NCBI GenBank assembly: GCA_026991575.1 | Contig: JALXBF010000069.1 | Coordinates: 1-64,000, forward strand | Source: Planctomycetota bacterium | GTDB lineage: Bacteria; Planctomycetota; Planctomycetia; JALXBF01 | DNA length: 64,000 nucleotides | Reading direction: 5' to 3' | Part shown: piece after piece, positions 11,027-22,800 of the stretch | Layout of the letters: each line of letters begins with the position of its first letter | Numbering within the stretch: the stretch's first letter is position 1 | Program-made: the position numbers and the translations under genes | Notes under the pieces: model-generated | The model's database searches: none | Told to the model about the DNA's origin: nothing | What the model saw: only the letters and a program-made list of their open reading frames with translations

Positions 11027-12550
11027 ATGGCCATTCGTGCTGTGGCCAGTTCCGATGATCTGTCGCCGGACACTCGTCCACCGCGACGGGCTGCCGTACG
11101 GGGACGAGCGAAGTCGGCGCTATATTGGAGCGTCGCCTCGCGCTACGCCACACGCTGTCTTCGGCTAGTGGCTACGGTTATCCTGGCGCGACTGCTGCTG
11201 CCAGAGGACTTCGGCGTGATGGCGATGGCCTGGGCGTTCCTGGCGTTCGTCGCAAACTTTGGAAAGTTGGGGCTCCCTGCGCACATTGTCCGGTTGCCCA
11301 CACTCGATCGAGCGACCCTGAGCACCATATTCTGGATCAATCTGCTCCTTGGTGCTGTCCTAGGAGTCGTGACGCTGCTCTCGGCACCCTTCGCCGTGCT
11401 GTTCTACAGGGATCCGGAGGTCGGCTACGTAGTGGCTACGCTGTCTATTATCGCGTTCAGCATCGGCGTTACGCCGGTGCCGGCGGGGCTGCTGCGACGC
11501 GACATGAGATTTGGGCAGCTGGCCATAGTGGAGGTAGGGCAGGCTCTTGCCGAGGTCGCGTTTTCCATTACGCTGGCTCTGCTGCATTTCGGTGTCTGGG
11601 CGCTCGTTTTCGGGTCGATCGCAGGTCGAGCCGCTAGGGTGATCCTGTTGTACGCGTGCGCCCCTTTTCGGCCAGGGTTGACCTGGCGGTGGGAATGTGC
11701 CCGTGAGGCATTCCAGTTTGGCGGCGGGATGCTGGGAACGTCACTTGCCGCGGTACTCGCTAGAAATGCCGATAACGCCATCATCGGCGCAGCGCTTGGG
11801 TCCCACGGACTTGGCCTGTACTCTTTTTCAAATCGCGTAATGCGTCTGCCGGGCGAGGATCTTGTGGGCGCAGTGGTGCGCGTGTTGGTACCGCGTCTGG
11901 CAGCAGCTAAGACGGACGCCGAGATGGCGTCACTTGTGCGCCGTGCCGTGGGCGCATCCTTGGCAGTGGTGGGACCAGCCTTCATCGGGTTGGCAGTGAC
12001 CGCGCCTTGGTTGGTGCCGCTCGTGTTCGGGGAAAAGTGGAGCGACGCGGTCCTCGTACTTCAGCTTCTGGCGCCGGTAGCAATCCTGCAATCATCCCTC
12101 CGGATCCCTCTGCAGGTATACATAGTTAAGGGAAGGACCGGGTTGCTATTCGCGTGGACTGCGTTTTACACAGCGGTCTGCCTTGTAGTCGTAGCATGCG
12201 GTCTGCCGTTCGGCTTGCATGGGGTCGCGACGGGACTACTAGTGGCCCACGTGCTGTTGGTGTACCCTTGGGTTGGCCTGCCCAAGCGGGCGCTTCGCAC
12301 GCTACAGGTTGGCAAACTGCTCGCGGACATAGCCACTCACGGGGCGGTGGGGAGCGTTGCGTGGGTCGTTGGCATGGCTGTTGTTGCTGTTCTGCACAGC
12401 TGCACTGCGCCTGGGGTCGCACACGTCGCAGGGGGCATGTCGGTGCTTGTCACGTTTGCCGCTCTGTACAGCCTTCTGAGGCCAATAGGAGTGACAGAGA
12501 TCCTAGCGTTGCTGGGAGCAGGCACAGGTGCGAGCCGGCGGAGGGAATAA
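11027..12550 (+). CDS. wzx: Wzx-type polysaccharide flippase (Polysacc_synt_3, WzxC-like)
   Basis: 'ILARLLLPEDFG', 'STIFW', 'ADNAIIG', 'LGLYS', 'FGEKW' and ~12 TM segments. Confidence 0.9.
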   Translation: MAIRAVASSDDLSPDTRPPRRAAVRGRAKSALYWSVASRYATRCLRLVATVILARLLLPEDFGVMAMAWAFLAFVANFGKLGLPAHIVRLPTLDRATLSTIFWINLLLGAVLGVVTLLSAPFAVLFYRDPEVGYVVATLSIIAFSIGVTPVPAGLLRRDMRFGQLAIVEVGQALAEVAFSITLALLHFGVWALVFGSIAGRAARVILLYACAPFRPGLTWRWECAREAFQFGGGMLGTSLAAVLARNADNAIIGAALGSHGLGLYSFSNRVMRLPGEDLVGAVVRVLVPRLAAAKTDAEMASLVRRAVGASLAVVGPAFIGLAVTAPWLVPLVFGEKWSDAVLVLQLLAPVAILQSSLRIPLQVYIVKGRTGLLFAWTAFYTAVCLVVVACGLPFGLHGVATGLLVAHVLLVYPWVGLPKRALRTLQVGKLLADIATHGAVGSVAWVVGMAVVAVLHSCTAPGVAHVAGGMSVLVTFAALYSLLRPIGVTEILALLGAGTGASRRRE

Positions 12551-13342
12551 GATAATTCTCCTGTGGGCAGGGGCGTGGCCCCAATGGAAGCCAGTCCCAG
12601 CTATCGGGAGGGACAGGACGGGGCTTGGGCACGCTGCGTTCGCGGTGTCTGCCAGCTTTTTCGGCGATGCTGTCCGCTGCGGACTGTGCGGTTCAGCGCG
12701 GTGATGGCGGCGGAGAATAGCTGCGGACCCGACGCGGTGAGAGGGGGGAAGGGGATGCGCCAGGAGCGTTGTTGCGAGGAGGGCATGCGAGCAAGGGGGG
12801 AACGGGGCGGGGGCCGTCGTTGCCGAAAGCGTTGGCCGTTAGAGTCGCGGCAGGAGTTGCGGTACGAGTTCGGAAAGCTCCGTGGGTAACTTGGGATGTG
12901 CTACCACAAGGAGTGACTCTAGTTGCCAGGTCCGGGAGACGAACGCCGATGCCTTGCAGGGCGTGGGAACCTCCGCGGTGGGGTCCCACTGACTTGTGGG
13001 GCGCGTCCGAAGCGAGACGAGGCGTCGCGTTACACGGCAGCATCCTTGGTTGCTCGATGTTATCAGGTTCCTTCAGCATCGGGAGGTAGCCTGTGGGTCA
13101 CCCAGGCCGTGGCGGACACCTGAAGGCACGTACGGCGGGACGGGAGCTGGCGGGTGCTGGAAGCGGCCCTGGGGGTATGGCTACAGGGATGCTGCGGACG
13201 TGTAAAGCGGGAGGCCCGGTGAGTGAGCGGGATGCAGGTTACCCCTGAGCATTCGGGCGCGCGGGTGAGTAGGTGTTCCCTTGTTGGGGAGCCGGCTGTC
13301 TTGTCCACTACTTATTAGTAGAGAGGGAATAGCGGTCCCACG

Positions 13343-14380
13343 ATGAAGATCCTACTGACCACCGGACCCGGCCTGTGGCACGAACCACGCGGTTACATTG
13401 TGGTAGTCGACATGTCGTCGGGTCGGGTGCTCGATTGCTTAGAATGGTTTCACACCGTGCACGAGGTCTCCCACAAAGGCGTAGCAGGAGCGTGGCGTGA
13501 TCGCGGCTGCGTGTACGCGGTGACGGAGAGCGAGGTCCTGAAGGTTGATTTGGCCCCTTTGCGCGTGGCGGCATGTGCGACGTATCGGTGGGCGAATGAT
13601 CTGCACCACGTATGCCTCGCGCATGGCGCCCTGTGGGTGTGCAATTCCGGGCTGGAATGCGTCGATGAGCTGCATCCGGGCACGCTGCGCCCTAAGAGGA
13701 CATGGAACCTAATGGAGTCCCATGGGCGGTCGCTGAAGGCTTTTACCCGGGTAACACTGACTGCTATACGGCGGAGTTGGCGTCGTGCCACAGGAGAACG
13801 AAACTACTACCCCCATCTCAGGCCGTGCGGAAGGGTACCGTACTACAGAAAGATGTTGTATCCTCGCCGGTTCCTAAATTGCGCCCAGAAACAAGGTGAC
13901 TTCCGGCGGGCTGATTTACGACCACATGTGCTTCATCCTAACCACTGCTATCCATACAACGGCGATGTACTCGTTACGGTGTTCGGCACGGGCGAGGTCG
14001 TGGGCTTGCGGTCTGGAACGGTAGTTGCCCGATGTCTGGGCAGGCCGCACGACGGTGTCGTGGCGGAGGAATCGCTGTACGTGACAGACTGTAGTGCAAA
14101 TGTCATTCGGGCCGTGCCCTTACGTGGCCGGCGCACGAGCGGGCAACGCGTATGGCAGATAACCAGTCGAATGGCGGAGGGATTCCTGAGAGGGCTAATT
14201 GTGTCGGAGGACCACTTCTGGGTAGGACTGAGCGCGCGGAGGGGCGCACCTGACCATCTGCAGATGGCTAGAGTCATCCAGGTGGACCGGAGAACGGGGC
14301 GCTGGGTTCGCGAGTGGCGGCTCCCGCGTAAGTACGGGACAGCGGTATTCTCGCTGATAGACGTGTCCGACGTGTACTAA
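13343..14380 (+). CDS. Hypothetical beta-propeller protein (DUF4915/TIGR03032-like)
   Basis: 'NDLHH', 'HPNH', 'PHDG' and 'FLRGL...WVGLS' repeats; purine-rich RBS upstream. Confidence 0.6.
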   Translation: MKILLTTGPGLWHEPRGYIVVVDMSSGRVLDCLEWFHTVHEVSHKGVAGAWRDRGCVYAVTESEVLKVDLAPLRVAACATYRWANDLHHVCLAHGALWVCNSGLECVDELHPGTLRPKRTWNLMESHGRSLKAFTRVTLTAIRRSWRRATGERNYYPHLRPCGRVPYYRKMLYPRRFLNCAQKQGDFRRADLRPHVLHPNHCYPYNGDVLVTVFGTGEVVGLRSGTVVARCLGRPHDGVVAEESLYVTDCSANVIRAVPLRGRRTSGQRVWQITSRMAEGFLRGLIVSEDHFWVGLSARRGAPDHLQMARVIQVDRRTGRWVREWRLPRKYGTAVFSLIDVSDVY

Positions 14381-14439
14381 GTGACGGTGTTGGCTGGTGA
14401 GGCGTCCAGATGCGGGTCTGCCATAGAGAACGGGCTAGG

Positions 14440-15370
14440 AATGCGTTTCAGGGACCTTGAGGGCGTGCAAAGCTGTCTGCCGCCGAAGGGCAATGCGCGA
14501 ACGGACCTCGCAGGGCCGGTTTGGCATCGGTCCTTCCTAAGGGAGGTGTCGAGGGGCGGTTCCAACCGTCGGCAAACTGAGTACCCATTGGGTGGGCATC
14601 GGCCCCCAAGAGCGGGGCCGGCGCTGGGGGCGTGCGCTTGGCTGCTGGGGATCTGGACGGGCATCCGGCGTCGCATGCGCTGAGGGTAGTAGTGGCAGAC
14701 CCTGGCCGCCCGTTGATGAGGTAGCCAACAGGGACAGAACCCGAGAGTGATTGAGGCGGTGGGCTAAGGTTCCAGTGTTTGCGGCGTTGCGCATGTTGCT
14801 GCTGGCGTTGTACGCGGAGCGTAGTTGGGCGCGGCTGCGTCGACGTGGGATCGTCCGTAGCGTGTTGCCGGCGCGATTGGGATGCTTGGGCGGCGCGGCT
14901 AACCCGACGGACCGTGGGGAAGAGGGGACGAAGATGTCCGTGGCGGTGGACAGGTCAGGTTTGGTGTCGGGTCTGCGTCTAAGTAACGCAAGCATACCGG
15001 ACTCGAGGTTGTGATCCGATTCCACCTCATTGGGCGATGCGTTGCCGGAGTTAGCCGGCCCCTCGTTGAGGTGTCGGCCGGGCGCAGTAGCCGGCCTGGG
15101 CTGATCCCGAGAGAGCCGTACGGTTGGGACCGTGGACGTGTGGAAGAAACCGGATGGCGGTTCATGCCACACTTCGCTAGGCCGTCCGCGGCCGCCCTCT
15201 GCGTGCCAAGAGAGGTCGTCGGCTAGCACCCACTTCCGAACGGGTCGCGGCGGGGCCGAAGTCTTTCCTGCGACTGTGCGGGTGTTGGGCCGGTAATCGG
15301 CGCTGCAATCTAGCGCATGTTGCCCGTGGTACAGGCCGTATCTGCTACGCGACTTCCCAATAGGTCGCTC
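14440..15370 (+). mobile_element. Degenerate IS5-family transposase remnant (pseudogene); boundaries approximate
   Basis: Fragments in several frames: 'YPLGGHRP..WTGI', 'RRWAKVPVF', 'NPTDRGEEGTKMSVAVDRSG...LSNASIPDSRL' (cf. NPTDRGKxGTKxHxxVDxxG...ANxHDS) and 'SFLRLCGCW...ICYA*' ending at 15363. Confidence 0.75.
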
Positions 15371-15647
15371 GGCACGGTCGCTCTCAGTCACGCTTGACAG
15401 GGGATGGCACGATGTGGCTGACTCGTCCGTTGATAGTGTCCTGATTGTGGCTAAAGTCAGGTGGCCCGGTATCCCAGATCCGTTCGGTGAGACTCAGTAG
15501 GCCATCCATGAACTCAACGCATCTGCTCGCACTGCTGGATGACCGGTATGTCTGATCGGAGATGGAAACGCCGAAAAGAGTCTACGGTACAGTGTCCGGC
15601 CCTTTCGTGGCGGCCGGGCGGAAGGGGGCTCGCACCGGGAAGGGTAG

Positions 15648-16586
15648 TTGCTACGCAGGCGTGAGGACGCTTCGCTGGGTGCGCGTTCACGGTGCGAACG
15701 CGGTGCCTCTGTGTGTTTGGCGATGCCGCGATCTTCTACCACGAGAGCTGGCGCGCGGGAGGCGGACTCGGTGGCTTGCGCTGCAGGTGATTGCCGAAGG
15801 CCTGATGGTCGAACCGGTGGCCAGGGTGGCGCCAGGCCGGGGCCGGGTCGAGGGCGCTGGAAGGCGCGGCGCTGGGTCCTGTGGTTACCGAGAAGCTGGG
15901 TTCAGTGGCTACGCAAGAGGTACTACGTGTGGCAGATCCATCGCGGTAAGTTCGACGCCGATGAGCCAGCGTATCACGTCCTCACCCACTTAATCGGGCC
16001 CGGCGATGTGGTTGTCGACGTCGGCGCAAACGTCGGCCGCTACACCATCCAGATGGCAAGGCTTGTTGGACCAAGTGGCCACGTCATCGCTATCGAGCCA
16101 GTACCAGAAACCGCCGAAGTGCTGCTGGCCAACGTCCGCAGCGCTGACCTTCATCAGGTTACCATCGTGCAGGCAGCAGTCTCCGACCGCATCGCTGTAG
16201 CGCAGCTTCGAATACCAATTCAGGATACCGGCTTTGCGGCACACTATTTCGCCCACCTCGTTGATGTCGAAGACCAGCCAAGCCACGAGGTGATCCCGGT
16301 GCTGTGCTGCACCGTCGACAGCCTCGTTGGGAAGCTTCCGGTGAAGCTGGTCAAGATTGACGTTGAAAAACACGAAGACCGGGCCTTGCATGGCATGAGC
16401 CGTACCCTCTCCGACACACGTCCATTTGTCGTGATCGAGCCAAGCGAGCGGAACACGTATGAGCTCTTCAAAGCGTTCGACTATGACGGCCGCTGCCTGG
16501 CCGGGTCCCAAGACTGGCTCTTCTGGCCGCGCGAACAGTCGTCGCTAGCCTCTGAGGCTTTGGCTCGCCTGGGTATCGGTTCGTAG
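15648..16586 (+). CDS. FkbM-family methyltransferase; start uncertain (15723 or later)
   Basis: 'VVVDVGANVGRYT', 'IAIEPVP', 'AAVSD', 'VKIDVEKHE' and 'RPFVVIE'. Confidence 0.88.
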   Translation: MLRRREDASLGARSRCERGASVCLAMPRSSTTRAGAREADSVACAAGDCRRPDGRTGGQGGARPGPGRGRWKARRWVLWLPRSWVQWLRKRYYVWQIHRGKFDADEPAYHVLTHLIGPGDVVVDVGANVGRYTIQMARLVGPSGHVIAIEPVPETAEVLLANVRSADLHQVTIVQAAVSDRIAVAQLRIPIQDTGFAAHYFAHLVDVEDQPSHEVIPVLCCTVDSLVGKLPVKLVKIDVEKHEDRALHGMSRTLSDTRPFVVIEPSERNTYELFKAFDYDGRCLAGSQDWLFWPREQSSLASEALARLGIGS

Positions 16587-16813
16587 CCGGCGCCACACGA
16601 CCGGTGCTTGCAGATGGCGCGCGGTGCTCCGGCACACACTGCCCCGCTGGCGCCGAGCGGCGCTCAGGGCAAGCGCATAGCGATAACACGGCTCCGCATG
16701 CCTGTGCCGTGTGCACGCGACAAGAGGGCGCGACCGGAACGCTGACACGTTTCATACTCTGGAGCGGGTTCCCATCTAAAAAAAGAAGACGCTGATCTGC
16801 GGGCCTTCCTGCG

Positions 16814-19800
16814 ATGACGCTCCGCTTTGCCGAATTGACGGGCGATCGTAGTCCATTGCACGTCGACCGCCAGTACGCGCAGCGCGCGGCGTACGGACGA
16901 CCGGTCGTCCACGGCATGCGCGTCGTCCACGAGATGCTCGCCGTACTTGCGGCACACGTGTGCTCACGTCACCACCAAACCGCTCAGCAAAGCCGCCACG
17001 ACCTGCTACAGCCGACGACACCGCCAGGTGCCCCGACGCCCGGGAACAGTTCAGAGGACGCCGGCAAACGACATGTGTCCGCGCCTGGGCGTCCAGTGAT
17101 GACGGCAACCGGGGCAATCACCGTCGAATTCCGCAACCCCGTGTTCCCCGGCGACCGGCTACGCATCAGCTGGTCCCGGACCGGTTCGGCCACCGCTGCT
17201 GGAGGACCGTCCGCGCCGGCTACCGGCGCTACGGCCACACCCAACGTACACACCCATGGCAGGGAAGCGGTCCAGAACATGGGGCAGGCATCAGGTGCGT
17301 CGGAACTTCTCGACCAAAGCGACAACAACAGCTTGGGGCAAGCCAGTAACCGCACATGCCCCATCCACGACGACTTGTCCGCGTATACCTTACGTGGTGT
17401 CGCTGAGACAGAACGAGGTATCGCGGCGGTTGTCGAACTAAGTGTTCCTTACGATACCGAACTGGCCCGGAGGGCAGCCTCGGCGAGAGAAGCTCTCCGC
17501 CCCGTCTACGTGACGCTGGCTGAGCCAGCGGCTGATCCCCAGGGAGCAGAGCAATCGGCCACGTTTAACGACGGTGCGCCAAGCGTCCATCCTCCCGAAG
17601 AGGTCAACCGCCTTGACATCGACGACATCCTACTCGATGAGCCAGTCAGGGGCACCTACACGTATCCGGGCACCTCGGCCGCTGACTTAAGACCCGAATT
17701 GCTAACACTCCTGCGGCTCCTTGGACTGTGTAGCTACCTGGTTGGCATGAAGCTGCCGGGCCAACAAGCGCTCTTCGTCAAGGCTCAACTTGAATGGCAC
17801 GCGCTGCAGCACAACCCGCTAGAGGTTCCACTCCACTACGAACTTACGCCAACGCACGTTGATCGAAAGCTTAGACTGGTCGATTGCGCGCTCCTGGTGC
17901 GCACTGCCGACGGTGAGCAGGTAGCCACAGGAAGGCTGCGCAGCTACGTGCGATTCACGCCGGCGGTCCCGAACGTGGCAGCCGTTGTGGGGTATGCGCG
18001 TGATCTGTCCAACGCGCTGAGCGGCAAAGTTGCGCTTGTCTGCGGCGCAAGTCGGGGGCTCGGGGCTGAGATTACCGCGACCCTCGCGCTGGCCGGCGCC
18101 ACGGTGTACGGCACCTATCGATCGAGCAGCGAAGATGCGAAGTCTCTGGCCTCGGCTATCACCCAGCGCGGCGGAAGAGTAGAGCTGCTACAGGGCGACG
18201 TCGGTGATTCGCGGTGGCTCAACGACGTTGTCGAAGGAATCGTCCACAAACACGGGCGTCTGGATCTGCTCGTCCTCAACGCCTGTGGTCAACCGAAGAT
18301 CGGCGCCACCGGCGATGCGTTCCACGACTACCTGACGCGGAACCTCCAGCTCGTCTCCGTGCCGTTGGAGACCGCTTTGCCGGCCTTGCGGCATAGCCGC
18401 GGTGCGGTTTGTCTGGTCTCGTCCAGCTTTGTTGCGCAAGCACCGCGCGGCCTGGAAGCGTATGTGGCTCTAAAGAAGACTGCCGAAGAGCTCATCCGAG
18501 CCCAGGCTTCGGCTGCGCCAGAGGTCTTCTTCCAGATCGCCCGTCCTCCGAAGCTTCAGACCCGCTGGAACGATTCCCCCGCTGGCGTCGTCGGCGCGAT
18601 TCCTTCCTGGTGTGCGGCCGTCGCCATAGTGCAGGGGCTCGCAGCGCAGGCTGACCACCGCGAAGCACCGCGCGACAACGTCCTTGTGCTCGAGCAGTTC
18701 CCGTTGCTCGAGCCGCGGGACGAAGCGGGCTCACGTAGGACAGTATCCCTGGCGATTGCGGCCACGTTCACTGCCGAACCGCTTGGCGAAGAGCTCAAAC
18801 GCTGGGCCCGCCGATTGGCTTGGCAGTTGGACGCGCGTTTCGCTGGTTACAACCAGGTGGTCCAGGAGTTGATCAGCCCGGTTGGTCTGTTCGCCGCCAA
18901 TCGCGACGGTTTGAACGTCGCTCTGGTACGCGTCCGGGATTGGCTGCGGGAACTGTCCGAAGAGGTAGGCAGTGACGCGCAACGATTGCAGGCTCACCTG
19001 GACGACGTAGGCAACCAGATCGTCCAGGCACTGGAGCAGTACGCGGCGGCGGGACGAGCCCCGCTACTGCTTATCGTTGCCCCGTCTGACCTTCCAAAGG
19101 CCACCCCGGCTGACGAACCGATAGCCCGATGGGAGCGAGAACTGATCGCGTGCGCGGAGAAGCTCCGCGCGGTGCACGTCCTTGACGCCAGGCAGTGGCA
19201 CAGCGTATACGGACTGGACACCGCGGATGCAGCTGCCTACTACGACCGCAATCGAGACCGAATTGGACACATCCCGTTCACGCCGTCGTACTACGCGTTC
19301 CTGGCGACGCTGATTGTCCGGCGTGCTTATCGGCTGCTAACGCCTCCGCGCAAGACGATCGTCGTCGATTGCGACAACACGCTCTGGGACGGGGTCGTCG
19401 GAGAAGTTGGCCCGCAGGGTGTGCGATTCGACGAGCACCATCTTGCTCTGCAGCGCAAGCTCGCGCGCCTGGCGGAGTCAGGCGTACTCGTGTGCCTGTG
19501 TAGCAAGAACCAAGAAGACGACGTCTGGGCCGTGTTCGCTCAGCGTGCGAACGAGATGCCGTTACGTCGCGAGCACATCGTCGCGGCTGCCATTAACTGG
19601 ATGCCCAAGTCGCAGAACATCACCGAGCTCGCGCGTAGCCTGAACCTCGGACGCGACAGCTTTGCGTTCCTCGACGACAACCCGGTCGAGTGCGCAGAGG
19701 TGCGCGCAAACTGTCCGGATGTGCTCACGGTCCAATGGCCGCGCGAGCCCGAGCAGGCCCTGAAGCTGCTCAACCACTTCTGGGAGCTCGACCCGCTGGC

Positions 19801-22800
19801 GGCCACAGCGGAGGACCGCAAGCGGACGGAGATGTACCGGCAGGAATTCCAGCGCCAGCAACTGAAGGCGCAAGCGAAAGATTTCGCCGATTTCCTCCGG
19901 TCTCTCGAACTCAAACTGGACTTCCGCCCGTTGAACCGCGAGGATTTGCCGCGCGCCTCGCAACTGACACTACGCACCAACCAGTTCAACTTCACCACAA
20001 TCCGCCGTAGCGAGGCTGAACTCTGGGAGCTCGTCGCCGAGCATGGGTACCGGTGCTGGACAGTACGCGTATCGGACCGGTTCGGGGACTATGGAATCGT
20101 CGGCCTTGTCGTTACCAAGCCGATCAGCGACGCGAGCGACCAACGTGTGCTTGAAGTAGACACGTTCCTGCTGAGCTGTCGCGTGCTCGGTCGTGGCGTC
20201 GAACATAAGATCGTAGCGTTCCTAGCGGAGCAGGCGCTGGCGCTCGGGGCTGAGTACCTAAGATTCCACATTCGCTACACGAAGAAGAACGTCCCGGCGA
20301 GACGGTTCCTGCAGTCGATCGTACCAGCGGAGTGCCTCGAGACCGGCGACGACCACATGTCTTGCATCCTGGAGGCTCGCCGCTACGTTGACCTCAGCTA
20401 CGATCCAGAGCGGCACGCGTGCGAGTCAGAAACGGCCGACGCTCGCTCTGGGACCGACAACCGCGGAAGCGGGGAAGATGGCGGTGCCGAAGACGTCGTG
20501 ACCTGGACGCGTGAGCGTGAACGGCAGATTCTTCGGACCGCTTTCGAGTGGGCTGATCTCGGGAGGGCGAACAGCTCCGGGCAAACCGCCGTCGCCCAGC
20601 AACAACACGAGCCGGCCCCCGCGGGCGCTGCCACGACCGGCGAGGTCCGCCACGTTGTCCTTGATGCGTTTGCCCGGCAACTGGGGATGCCGGCCGAGCA
20701 GGTCGCGCGCGTTGATCGATTGGACCAGCTGGGGTGTGACTCGTTCAAGATCGTCGAGATCACCGTTGCTTTGCTTGAGCGATACCCGCAGCTGCCTGCC
20801 ACGCTGCTGTTCGAGCATCAGACGGTATCGGAGATAGTCCGGGCAATTGAGTCGCACTCTGCCGGCAGTAGTAGCCGCCAGCCGTCTGCTCCTCTGGCTG
20901 CGGCGCGACCGAGGGCTCGTACCGTCAGCGACATTGCCGTGGTCGGTCTGGCATTGCGTTGCGCCGGGGCGAATAGCACTGAGGAGCTCTGGCAGCTGCT
21001 TCGCAGGAAGGGGAGCGCCGTGCGGGAGGTGCCTACCGACCGGCGCCATTTCCTCGGGGTGCTGAGGGATTCGCGGAAGCACTGGGCCGGCCTGCTCGAT
21101 GATCCGGACCGGTTCGATGCCACGTTCTTTGGTATCGCGCCACGCGAAGCCGTCATGCTCGATCCCCAGTTGCGTCTGCTGCTGGAAGTCTCATGGGAAG
21201 CGCTGGAGCAGGCAGGATGGACCGACGGCACAGAGATCGCCAACACTGGCGTGTTCGTGGGGGTCATGTACGGAGACTACGTCTTCGCAGCTAACCAGTG
21301 GGCCGAATCGCAGGCGTACCCGTACCGCTGCTGGGAAGGGTTCAGCATTGCCAACCGCCTGTCCCAGATTCTGGGATTCCACGGCCCCAGTGTCGCGGTC
21401 GACACGGCCTGCTCCTCTTCGGGAACGGCGCTTTACATGGCGTGCCGTGCGCTGCGAGCCGGGGACTGCAAAGCCGCCGTCGTCGGCGGTGTGAACCTGA
21501 TCCTTGATCCCAACCGTTTCAGCCAGCTGGGACGCCTCGGTATCTTGTCCCCCGATGGTCGCTGCCGGCCGTTTGGAGAAGAGGCGAACGGAACGGTACT
21601 GGGCGAAGGAGCCGTCGCGCTTGTACTGATGCCGGTTGATGAGGCTGTTAAGCAGGGTTGCACCATACTGGGTGTGATCAAGGGGGTGGGCATCAGCCAC
21701 GGCACCGGCACAGTCGGTTTCACGGCTCCTAACCCGACAGCGCAGGCGATTGCGATTCGCGAAGCGATTAGAGCGGCGGGAATCGATCCGAGAACCATTT
21801 CGTTTGTCGAAACGCACGGCACCGGAACAGCATTGGGTGACCCGATTGAGACACGAGGACTGCAGCTGGCGTACGAGGATCGCTCACTGTGGTGCGACGA
21901 GGAGCTGGCCGACGCCGCGCCCCTGCGGCTCGGTGCGATCAAGCCGAACGTCGGCCACCTGGAGGCCGGTGCCGCGTTAATCGGTGTAGCCAAGGTTCTC
22001 TTGCAGTTTCAACACCAAGAGCTCGCTCCCACGATCACCTCGGAGCGGCCAAATCCTCAGGTTCCCTGGGACCGTACCCGATTTGTTGTTCAACGTGACC
22101 GCGCCCCGTGGGAGCGGCCTCGCCTGCGGTGCAAGGATGGAACGGTGCGAGAGTTCCCACGCCGGGCCGGAGTCAGCTCGTTCGGCGTTGGCGGTGCGAA
22201 CGTGCACGTTGTGCTGGAGGAACCGCCGAGTGTGGCTCTCGAACAGCCGACGCACGACGAGCCGGACCGGACGTGGCACGTCCTGGCTCTTTCGGCACGT
22301 AGCCCCGAGGCCCTTCGTGCCTATGCCGGCAAGGTTGCTGAGTTCCTCCGCCGTACGACCGACGACCAGATGGCCAACGTTTGTTACTCGTTGGCCGTCG
22401 GTCGAAGAGCGTTCGAGTACCGGCTCGCGCTGCCCTGTCGTTCGGCTGACGACGCACGTCGAACTCTGGCTGCCTTTGCAGAAAGTGGTGAGCTCCGAGC
22501 AGGCCACACAGGACGCACCGCCGGACAACGCCCGCGGGTGGCGTTCCTGTTCACCGGGCAGGGAGCCCAGTACGTCTCGATGGGCAAGGGACTGTACCGA
22601 TCGAACCCAGTGTTTCGGCGCGCACTGGACCGATACTTCGCGCTGGTCAACGAACACCTTGATCGTCCGCTACAGGAGGTTGTGTTCGGCGAGGATGACG
22701 AGCTTCTCAAGCAGACGCGATACACCCAGCCGGCGCTCTTCTGCGTGCAGCTTGCCCTGGCCGATCTGTGGCGAGGCTGGGGGGTTGTGCCTGACATCGT

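Noticed and set aside
16778..16784. A7 run upstream of the PKS as a slippage or phase-variation site
   Set aside because: No upstream frame gives a convincing MaoC N-terminal extension.
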